From an uncultured archaeon (GTDB lineage: Archaea; Iainarchaeota; Iainarchaeia; Iainarchaeales; CSSED10-239), in NCBI GenBank assembly GCA_964586355.1, contig CAZPGO010000041.1:1-10642 (forward strand): DNA of 10,642 nucleotides, given 5' to 3'. The position numbers were made by a program, and so were the translations under genes. Of the stretch, positions 1 through 7,900 are shown piece by piece (the stretch's first letter is position 1; every line of letters begins with the position of its first letter). The notes beneath the pieces were generated by a model. It worked only from the letters and a program-made list of their open reading frames with translations, was not told the DNA's origin and searched no databases.

Positions 1-1863
1 GATTTAAGAGTAAATGGGTATCTTAAAAGATCAGGAAGAGATGATAAAAGATGTAATATTAGATCAAATATAAAAATAAACTTAGTAGATCAAGGAAGCA
101 CAAGTTATTCTCCTACCACAAACTGTAATAATATTAAAATATTTGCACCAAATATTTCTCAATTAGAAAACACCTTATCAAATTATGGAAAAGATAATGG
201 TTTTTTTATAGTTAATAACTCAAATCAAAAATTTACAATAAACCATCTTTTAATAAACGATAACACTAGTTATGCTGATTTAAAAATAAGCAATTATAGT
301 TCAGCAATCTATCCCTCCCAGACATTACCAATAAACTTTGAATTAACAACCAGAGAAGTAGCAACAACAGAAAGCACAAATGCAAAGATTGAAATTTCTG
401 GAAGATTTGATGATGGTACTGTTTGTAATTATTCAAATATTAATAAAACCTTTACAATAAATATTTTAGATACACAAGACAACTATTGTGGGTCTGTTGG
501 TGTTTTGTCTCAAAGAGTAAATGAAGGAAGATCTGATGTGGTTTTGTTTAATAATACTAGTAAAAAATTCTATGTAACAAACATACTATTTCAAGAAAAA
601 TATAAACTAGATGCAAGAATTGATACAACACAGCACACAATATCAAAAAACAGCTCATTATCTGTTCCTGTTAACTTTACTGGAGACGGATCATTACAAA
701 TGGTTATTTCTGGAAAATTTGAGGATGGAAAGACTTGTAATTATACTCAAACCACTTCTGGTGCTTTGAGTGTTAGTGGTAATCTTAATTATCCAACATA
801 TAATTTTTCAGAAAACAATTGTTCAATAGACTTAATTGCTCCAGCAAGTTATGAAATTGACGACGCTTTAGAAAAATTTGTTTTGTCTATAAAAAATTAT
901 AGTAAAAATTCAGGAAGAATAGTTATTTATAGTAACGGCGCAACAATAAATCCTGCAATTATTTATTTAGATGGATATGATAATTTTAATCAGGAATTGA
1001 CTTTATCAAATTTTAGTAATCCAACAGCAGTAAACTATTCTATTCAATTAAATAATTGTAATGCTTCTTTGAGAAGTACAACCTTAATTAATAAATTAAC
1101 AACAGATAATAGAATAGAACTAGTTTCATATCCCCAAAAATACACACCAGTAGATAACAAAATATTTTTTACTGTTCAAGTAAGAAATGATTTTTCACAA
1201 AATAAAAACATATTAATAAGATTAGCAGGATTTCCAAAAAATTGGGATCTGGATTCAAGAGATGTTTCTATAGATCAAAGAAGTTCACAAAATATTACAT
1301 TAACCGGAACAATACCAGCAGGAGCTGTTGGTGTTTATAATGGATATATAGAAATTTATGAAAATAATCAACTTGTTGATAGCAAGCCAATAGCAATAGA
1401 TCTAACAATTAAGGAATCAGATCTTTCTGTAAATAATAAAAAATTAGATCCAATAAGTAAATCTAATGGTTATCAATTAACCTTTACTCTAAAAAACAAC
1501 ACAACATTTAGAAAAGAAACAACCATCTCTTTTGATCTTGATGATTCTTGGATAGTTGATGGTGAAAAAAATATTGCTCTATTACCAGAAGAAACAAAAG
1601 AATTAACTTTTAGATTAATGCCAACAAATAAAGCAACAGATCAAAGCTTTAAAATAATTTTTAAAGAAAAAGGTACTGATAAAATATTGTTGGAGGAAAT
1701 AATAAATATTGAATCAAAAAAAGATTCATTTGGTTTAACTGGTTTTCTTGGTTTTGGTTCTAATAATTGGATTGGTTTTTTCATAGTTTTGATTATTGTT
1801 ATAATCATAGTAGTTTATGTTTTAAAAAAAAAGAGAAAAGCAAAAATGCAAAAATTAAATTAA
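1..1863 (+). CDS. Cell-surface repeat protein, 5'-truncated by the window edge, with C-terminal TM anchor
   Basis: Frame +1 is open from base 1 (my translation: DLRVNGYLKRSGRDDKRCNIRSNIKINLVDQGSTSYSPTTNCNNIKIFAPN...) and runs without a stop into ORF-track ORF 505..1863. The same repeat unit occurs on both sides of 505, so the TTG at 505 is an ORF-finder artefact. Stop TAA 1861-1863. Two C-terminal domains (about 1114-1416 and 1417-1710) carry a pattern (GFPKNWDLDSRDVSIDQRSSQNITLTGTIPAGAVGVYNGYIEI) that recalls NEW3/CARDB-like archaeal surface domains. Many N-x-S/T sequons. Confidence 0.85.
   Translation, partial: DLRVNGYLKRSGRDDKRCNIRSNIKINLVDQGSTSYSPTTNCNNIKIFAPNISQLENTLSNYGKDNGFFIVNNSNQKFTINHLLINDNTSYADLKISNYSSAIYPSQTLPINFELTTREVATTESTNAKIEISGRFDDGTVCNYSNINKTFTINILDTQDNYCGSVGVLSQRVNEGRSDVVLFNNTSKKFYVTNILFQEKYKLDARIDTTQHTISKNSSLSVPVNFTGDGSLQMVISGKFEDGKTCNYTQTTSGALSVSGNLNYPTYNFSENNCSIDLIAPASYEIDDALEKFVLSIKNYSKNSGRIVIYSNGATINPAIIYLDGYDNFNQELTLSNFSNPTAVNYSIQLNNCNASLRSTTLINKLTTDNRIELVSYPQKYTPVDNKIFFTVQVRNDFSQNKNILIRLAGFPKNWDLDSRDVSIDQRSSQNITLTGTIPAGAVGVYNGYIEIYENNQLVDSKPIAIDLTIKESDLSVNNKKLDPISKSNGYQLTFTLKNNTTFRKETTISFDLDDSWIVDGEKNIALLPEETKELTFRLMPTNKATDQSFKIIFKEKGTDKILLEEIINIESKKDSFGLTGFLGFGSNNWIGFFIVLIIVIIIVVYVLKKKRKAKMQKLN
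121..1068 (+). repeat. Three tandem, diverged protein-level repeats of about 80-120 aa (the third shortest), each starting with N-(N/Y)-C; the first two end with a G-(R/K)-F-(D/E)-D-G-x-x-C-N-Y motif
   Basis: Unit starts are NCNNIKIFAP at 121, NYCGSVGV at 481 and NNCSIDLIAP at 814, with NNCNAS at 1051. Unit ends are ISGRFDDGTVCNYSNINKTFTINI and ISGKFEDGKTCNYTQTTSGALSV. A further partial copy (VNGYLKRSGRDDKRCNIRSNIKINL) lies at bases 10-84, so the array continues upstream of the window. Confidence 0.7.
1768..1863 (+). other. C-terminal transmembrane anchor plus basic cytoplasmic tail
   Basis: WIGFFIVLIIVIIIVVYVL (1768-1824) is followed by KKKRKAKMQKLN and preceded by the Gly/Phe-rich GLTGFLGFGSNN. 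Confidence 0.8.
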
Positions 1864-1913
1864 ATGTTTGCTAATTGAAGTTAACTATTTCGGGTTAATC
1901 AAAGAAGCAAACC

Positions 1914-1921
1914 TTTAAATA
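1914..1921 (+). promoter_or_regulatory. TATA-box-like element (TTTAAATA) placed for a leaderless transcript of the protease gene
   Basis: The element is centred about 26-27 nt upstream of the A of ATG 1944, which is the canonical archaeal TATA-to-TSS distance. No Shine-Dalgarno-like motif lies between it and the ATG. The AT-rich background makes chance matches likely. Confidence 0.35.
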
Positions 1922-1943
1922 TATATTTTCTCTTAATATATTT

Positions 1944-2012
1944 ATGATCAAGAGAACTATTTTTTTATTTTCATTGATATTTCTATTTATGTTTTTAAAT
2001 CCTATTTTTGCA
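1944..2012 (+). other. Sec-type signal peptide of the protease
   Basis: Basic n-region (KR), a 17-residue hydrophobic core, then I-F-A followed by E (predicted cleavage after Ala23). Confidence 0.7.
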
Positions 2013-4778
2013 GAATCAACAAATCAAAATAATGTTTTTTCTGCTGGTGGTTTGGAAATTTATGGTAATAAAGATGATCTGATTTCATCTCATTTATCTC
2101 AAGACAACAACTTAGATCTGATATCATTAAGAAATAATAGAGTGGCAAGCAGTGTTCCGAATACAATGGGTAGTGCACCAAGAACAGGAGTCATAAATAT
2201 CCCTGTGTTATTTGTGAATTTTTCTGATGAGGCTCAAGATCCAGCAATTCCTCCATCGACATTTGATGATCTTTTTAATAGTTCTAATTATTTAAATGGT
2301 AATGGAATTAGTGTAAAAAAATATATTGAATCTCAATCATATTATAATGCAAGTTTAGGTCAAGGAGTAACTGTAAATTTTGTGATCTATCCAACCATAA
2401 GAACATTACCTCAAACAAGATCATTTTATACTCAATCAGGATCAATTGGATTAGTTGTAGTTCACGCAGTTCAAGCAAGTGACCCATATATTGATTTTTC
2501 ACAGTATGATGCAGATAATGATGGAAAAATGGATGGATTGATTGTTATAAGACCAGGCACACAATCTACGGCGTTATATTTGCCAACTGCAACCACCTGG
2601 GGTGCAAATTATAGTTATGTTTTTGATGGCAAAACACTAGGTAATTCATCAGTAATTCCTCAAAAAATAACTTCCACCGCTTGTTCTTCTGCACAAAATT
2701 ATGGGCACCCTGCCGATTGTAGACTTTCTACTATTATTGCAATACATGAGTTCATGCACGTTTTTGGTCTTCCTGATCTTTATGAGATTTGTAATGGTGC
2801 TCAGGTGGGCATGGGTTTAACTAATGCAAGTATGATGACTGTTAGTCGTCCTCCAAACAAACCAATCAATCTAGATCCATGGTCTAAGTTTTTTTTAGGT
2901 TGGGTTGATGCTATTGATGTTAATAGTTTAGATTATAGTAATTTTAATATTCCTTCTCCAGATAATAATAGAACCATTTTTATTTTAAGAAATAGTTCTA
3001 TGAACCCAAGAGAGTTTTTTATAGTAAGCAATCGTACAATTGTCTCAACCTCTCCAGACTATGGAATCCTTTGGCAACCAGGGTTTCCTCCATTTGGTGA
3101 TGGTGGTGTAGAGATCTATCATGTTGATGAGCAATATATTTCAGAGAAATATGTAATCAATGAGATCATGTGTGATCCTGATGGTCAATTTTATTCTGAT
3201 GCTGTATCTCATCCAGGCATTGTTTTTGAAAAAAATGTTATTTTTAATAGCACTTCTACTAGTTATGATTTAGGTTATCATAGTTTTTATTATAATGGAA
3301 CGTTTACTTATAATGGCACAACAATAAGTCAAAGTAATTTTGATGCCATTCAACGCCTGATTCCACCAAGTATTACTTTTGACGCCACCTCTAAATCTTA
3401 TAATGGTCAAGATACAAATATTGTTGTTCAAGCATTGACTGGTCCATCTTCAAATATGCCAGCAATATTAAAAGTGAAACCCGAAAGTCTTACACCAGAA
3501 GCCTCTGTTGTTGGTGGTCTTTATTATGCTCCAATTTCTGTTTCATTATCTACCACTCAACCAAACACAATTATTTATTATACAACAGATGGTTCAACAC
3601 CAACCTCTCAAAGTCAAGTTTACACAACACCTATTTCTGTAAATTCTAATACAACAATGACCATAAAAGCTAGAAGTTATGCTGATGGTTATTTACCAAG
3701 TCAAGTAATGACTCACACATATCAAGTAACCGGCACTGTGACGCCAGTTGTTTCTGATACTTCTAGTGGTGATCTTTATTTAGGTTCTTTGATCACTTTA
3801 AGTAATACCACTCTGGGTTCAACAATAAAATATACTCTTGATGGTAGTGATCCTACTCTTAGTTCTTTAACCTATGGCTCTCCAATAATTTTAAACAATG
3901 TTGGGCAAATCACTTTAAAGACAAGAGCCTTTTTAACCAATTGGCAACCAAGCGAGATATCTACATATAATTATAATGTTCTTGCTATTCCTGAAAATAA
4001 AATCTTAAGTTTTGGTTTTTTAAATGACATAAATATTTTAAATATGGTTATTGATCATGATCAAAATCTTGTAAATATTTATGTGCCATATAATAGTTAC
4101 ATTTCAGATTTAATTCCAGTAATTGTAATTTCAGAAAATGCAACCATTACTCCTGATCCTTCTATTCCACAAAATTTTTATAATAATCCAATTGAGTATA
4201 CAGTTACTTCATTATTAGGTTCAGAGCGCACCTATGTTGTAAGTGTTATTAGAAATCCAGCAGTAGAACCAGTAATTGTTAGTTTAGATAGTGGCAGTTA
4301 TTCTGGCCCACAGCAAATAACTTTATCAACTGCAACGCCTGGTGCTGTTATTAGATATACTCTTGATGGTTCTTATCCTTTATTATCTAGTCCAGCCTAT
4401 GTCGGTACACCAATAACAATAACAGACAGTTGTATCTTAAAAGCAAGAGCATACAAATATATCGGTCCAACTTTTGTTGCAGAAAGTATTGATGTTAGAT
4501 CTGCAAACACAAAATCTGATAATTCTAAATCAAACAACAACTCTTCAAAAAATATTCCAAATGTTACTCCTGCAAGCATTGTTTGGTTAACAAGTTATGA
4601 TAGTGTAAGAGAGTATGAAATTACAAGAGGAATAACTGAAACAATAATTTCAGAAAGAATATCAAGAAATAGTAATTCAAAAAATGAAAGAGAAAAACCC
4701 AAACCAGAAAAACAAGAAGTTATAACTTCAAATGAGGGTAAAGTGAATAATTCTGGATTATCGAAATCCAGGGATTAA
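1944..4778 (+). CDS. Secreted M6-family (immune inhibitor A-like) zinc metalloprotease with three C-terminal chitobiase-C-terminal-like modules
   Basis: 944-aa ORF. N-terminal Sec-type signal MIKRTIFLFSLIFLFMFLNPIFA|E. The catalytic region (about 2178-3135) has FSQYDADNDGKMDGLIVI, HEFMHVFGLPDLY (HExxH at 2745-2759) and LDPWSKFFLGWVD. As I recall, these match the M6 domain signature (InhA: HEFGHDLGLPDEY; ..WSK..LGW). No TM anchor. The tail is K/S/N/E-rich and low in complexity (about 4497-4775). Confidence 0.8.
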   Translation: MIKRTIFLFSLIFLFMFLNPIFAESTNQNNVFSAGGLEIYGNKDDLISSHLSQDNNLDLISLRNNRVASSVPNTMGSAPRTGVINIPVLFVNFSDEAQDPAIPPSTFDDLFNSSNYLNGNGISVKKYIESQSYYNASLGQGVTVNFVIYPTIRTLPQTRSFYTQSGSIGLVVVHAVQASDPYIDFSQYDADNDGKMDGLIVIRPGTQSTALYLPTATTWGANYSYVFDGKTLGNSSVIPQKITSTACSSAQNYGHPADCRLSTIIAIHEFMHVFGLPDLYEICNGAQVGMGLTNASMMTVSRPPNKPINLDPWSKFFLGWVDAIDVNSLDYSNFNIPSPDNNRTIFILRNSSMNPREFFIVSNRTIVSTSPDYGILWQPGFPPFGDGGVEIYHVDEQYISEKYVINEIMCDPDGQFYSDAVSHPGIVFEKNVIFNSTSTSYDLGYHSFYYNGTFTYNGTTISQSNFDAIQRLIPPSITFDATSKSYNGQDTNIVVQALTGPSSNMPAILKVKPESLTPEASVVGGLYYAPISVSLSTTQPNTIIYYTTDGSTPTSQSQVYTTPISVNSNTTMTIKARSYADGYLPSQVMTHTYQVTGTVTPVVSDTSSGDLYLGSLITLSNTTLGSTIKYTLDGSDPTLSSLTYGSPIILNNVGQITLKTRAFLTNWQPSEISTYNYNVLAIPENKILSFGFLNDINILNMVIDHDQNLVNIYVPYNSYISDLIPVIVISENATITPDPSIPQNFYNNPIEYTVTSLLGSERTYVVSVIRNPAVEPVIVSLDSGSYSGPQQITLSTATPGAVIRYTLDGSYPLLSSPAYVGTPITITDSCILKARAYKYIGPTFVAESIDVRSANTKSDNSKSNNNSSKNIPNVTPASIVWLTSYDSVREYEITRGITETIISERISRNSNSKNEREKPKPEKQEVITSNEGKVNNSGLSKSRD
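2745..2759 (+). other. HExxH zinc-binding / catalytic motif (HEFMH)
   Basis: Codons cat gag ttc atg cac in the ORF frame, immediately followed by VFGLPDLY. Confidence 0.8.
3513..4496 (+). repeat. Three CHB_HEX_C / Fn3-associated-like beta-sandwich modules (3513-3728, 3762-3980, 4290-4496), interrupted by a different beta-sandwich module (3993-4250)
   Basis: Shared pattern: I-(S/T)-L-S..(5-6)..I-(I/K/R)-Y-T-(T/L)-D-G-S-x-P...S..Y..PI......(I/L)-K-(A/T)-R-(A/S)-(Y/F). Examples are IIYYTTDGSTPTSQSQVYTTPI...IKARSY, IKYTLDGSDPTLSSLTYGSPI...LKTRAF and IRYTLDGSYPLLSSPAYVGTPI...LKARAY. Modules 2 and 3 share a 16-nt identity, atatactcttgatggt. Confidence 0.65.
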
Positions 4779-4800
4779 TTTATAAACTTAATTAATTATA

Positions 4801-4807
4801 TTTTTTT
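4801..4807 (+). terminator. Oligo-T (T7) tract downstream of the protease stop codon
   Basis: Seven consecutive T begin 23 nt after the TAA at 4776-4778. Archaeal RNA polymerase terminates at oligo-T tracts. Weak specificity in AT-rich DNA. Confidence 0.35.
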
Positions 4808-4831
4808 ATTGACATTATAATTATAAAATTA

Positions 4832-4840
4832 GGAAGTGAT
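4832..4840 (+). promoter_or_regulatory. Shine-Dalgarno-like site GGAAGTGAT upstream of the giant pilin-like gene
   Basis: Matches the complement of the generic archaeal 16S 3' end (GGAGGTGAT) at 8 of 9 positions. The GTGA core ends 6 nt before TTG 4846. The same spacing occurs at L4, L23 and L2 (see findings). Confidence 0.5.
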
Positions 4841-4845
4841 GAATT

Positions 4846-4944
4846 TTGATAAATATGAATAAAAAAGGGCAAATTGCAATAGAAATATTAGTTGTTTTAT
4901 CGATCTTAGTTATTGGCGGTATTTTTGTTGGAGTATATTATATC
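4846..4944 (+). other. Class III signal peptide / pilin-like N-terminal helix
   Basis: Short basic leader M(INM)NKKG, Gly at -1 (4867-4869), Gln at +1 (4870-4872), Glu at +5, then about 20 uninterrupted hydrophobic residues. This is the pattern processed by archaeal prepilin peptidases (PibD/FlaK/EppA). Q at +1 is typical of the DUF361 / Class_IIIsignal pilins of Methanococcus. Confidence 0.7.
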
Positions 4945-7900
4945 CAAGGAATTGGACAAAATCAACAAAAAGGAGCCACAACAAATTCAACTTTAGATTC
5001 TTTAGTTGATAATTTTACGGATCCATTTGATATTCCAGATAATACAGATGTTCCATTAAATAAAGTTGCAGCACCTGTTGCAATTCCATCAGAAGGTTTT
5101 TATCCTTACGGCACTTTAATTACATTAATATCTCACACAGATGATGCGATAATAAGATACAAACTTAATAGTGCTGATGTAAATGAATCATCGCCAATTT
5201 TTCCAAATAATTTTTATTTAACAGAAGATGTTCAAATATCAGCAGTTGCTTATAAGACTGGAATGGAACCAAGTTCAAAAGTTAAATTTACTTATACTGT
5301 AAATACAGTAATCGCAGCTTTTTTTACTGATATTCAAGTTGATGAAACTGCTCTGCCAACAGGGGTTGTGGCAGGCGCACCATTTACTTTGAAAGTTGTG
5401 GCAGAAGCAACTGTTCCATCTGTAAGATTATCCGAAGTAAGAATTAGCCAAAATGATGTTCCTACATCTGCTTGTAAATTTTTAGGTGTTGGTGCTGTTG
5501 GTAAAGATATTACTTGTACTAATGGTTCTTGTACAGATCTAGGTTATTTAACTAACCCAGAAGTTGCAGGTACAAGTTATTATAATAATTTTAAATTTTC
5601 TTGTAGTGAACCAGGATCCTATAGTTTTATATTTACTGGTGTCTTAAAAACAGAAGATAAAGAATATTCGCATATGACTTCTTCTCAATCAATTGTAATT
5701 GCACCACCAACACCAAACACAATTGTTGCAGAAATTATTTCTCCTCAAGATGGTTTATATTATAAAGATAAACCACTTATTTTGTCTTCAAACATAATTG
5801 GAGCAGAAAAAGAAGATGTTTTTTGTAATTGGTATGCAACAAGTAAAGAATCACAAGCAAGTTTATTTTTAAGTGATAATTGTGATGCTTTATATGACTT
5901 ATCTAATTCTGCTGATTTTGAAGTAGATAAAACATATGAAATAAATTTGTTTGTTTCTTCAAGATATGAAGATATTTCTGTTGCGGCAAATCCAAAAGTA
6001 ATTACAATTGTAGATTTTGAAAATTCAGATTATTTATTTTTTAAACCAGGTAGCGGTCAAGAAATGAATCAAACATTTGAAATGTATTTTTATACATCAA
6101 GAATTGCTGATTTTGAACAAGGCGGTTATTTTGATGTTCACGATTCCGATAATCATTGTAATTTTGAATTAACACGTGCAGCTCCTGAGCAACATGAGTT
6201 TGTTGATCCGGTTACTAGTGAAATTACTTATTATTATTCATATACTTTTAATTCTATTTGTAATGCCCCTGGCACAAAAACAATAACTGTTGAGTTTTTT
6301 CAACCAGATTTGCCAGAAGGAAAAGGCGAAGTTTTACCAGTAAGTTCTGTTACTACGACATATTTGATTTATGATGTGGTGCCTTTTGTTGATGTTGAAT
6401 TTGGAATATATTTTAATACTGGTCCAGCACTTCCATCAATGACCGAGGTATTTGATGAAGCATTGATCGTGAAAGGAAAAGAATCTTATTCAGATGAATT
6501 TTATTTTGCGGCACCATATCCTCCGAACCCAACAGCTTTTGTAGATATTTATCAAGGTCAGGAATTTTATATTTATCCATCAATTATATCAAACCCTCCA
6601 CAATATTTAGATGGTCAAGGAATTTGTACTGTTAAATTTACCCCTATGGCTTCAAATCCAGAAGGTAAACTACAAATTTATCAACAACCATGTAATCAAT
6701 ATAAAGGTTATCAAATCACAAAGTTAATTGGAGAATATAATGCACAATTATCTGTTACCGGGCCAAATGGGATGAGCTTTAGTAAAAGCAAATTAGTGCG
6801 TTTTAATACAAATCCGATATATTTTATTAACGATAATGTTTATCCAATTTATTATAAGGACAATAGTTTCCAAATAGAATTAGCAATTTCTAATCTGAAT
6901 AATTTATCGTTAACCGTTACAAATGATATATATAAAACTACAGACACATCCACAGCAGTTTCTTATATTTCTGCAATAACAGGAACATTACGTTTTTCTG
7001 GTGTTTTTGATCCTATGGAAGGATATGTTTTAATTAATTCATCTACATTTGCTTGTAATTCCTCAAATTCAATTTGTACAAATAATTATCAATTCTCAGA
7101 ATCTGGAAACTATAGAGTAAAAATTACTGCAACTACTCCATACGGAAATCAAGTAATAAAATGGGTTAATTTTAAAATTGTAGAGGAACCAGATGGTGCA
7201 GAAATTAGTTATGTTATAAGTAAAACACCAACAAATGTGGGTTTAACTGGATTATTATATAGGACCGTTGGTGCTAATACCTACTATAAGATAGGAGATT
7301 TTTGTGTTTGGAATATAGCTGGACAAATAATCAGAGGTAGTTGTAATATTACTCACAATTTTTCAACATTTGGTCCAAAAAATGTATCTGTTATTGTTTC
7401 TGAACAATCCGGAACACCAATTGCACAAGATGCAACAGCAATAATAAATATAGTGTCTCCACCACCAATTAATTCAAAGATCATTGCTGATAATCCAAAT
7501 TTATCTCTTGTTGTTGGAGAAAGCCGTGAATTCTTTGCTGGTTTTGAGTATCCAATAGGTGGTGGTGAAATTAAGTTTATTCAAGCCACAAGTTGTGCAG
7601 ATTATTGGTATGTTGAAGGAGTTCCATTCTACAATTATGGTTCCTGTCATTTTGATCATGAATTTAATGTGCCAGGAATATTTGAAATTTCTGCAATGAT
7701 TAATAACCCAGATGGAACACAGACAGAAGTTCTAACTTATGTAACTGTTTCAGAATCTCAAATTCTTGATCCTGTAAGTTATGGTGCTCAATGTACGTTA
7801 TATTATGATCCTGGCAACCCAGGAAATCCTAGTGATGCTTGTAAAATATATCAAATTGATTTCCAAGGTGGTGCTCGTCTGAATACACATGCAACTCATT

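Noticed and set aside
505-507. TTG given as the start of the first ORF in the six-frame track
   Set aside because: The frame is open back to base 1 and the upstream translation continues the same repeat architecture, so the gene is truncated by the window edge.
2308-2502. 64-aa minus-strand ORF inside the protease gene
   Set aside because: It lies entirely antisense to a long, motif-supported CDS. Its composition is low-complexity L/I/Q-rich, typical of shadow ORFs in AT-rich DNA, and it has no recognisable motif.
4397-4579. 60-aa minus-strand ORF inside the 3' part of the protease gene
   Set aside because: Antisense shadow of a region that encodes a clearly homologous third CHB_HEX_C-like module on the plus strand.
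4836-4842. GTGATGA, a perfect C-box (RUGAUGA) match that might indicate a C/D box sRNA
   Set aside because: No CTGA D box or C'/D' pair lies at an appropriate distance downstream. The motif is better explained as part of the Shine-Dalgarno-like GGAAGTGAT in front of the ORF3 start.
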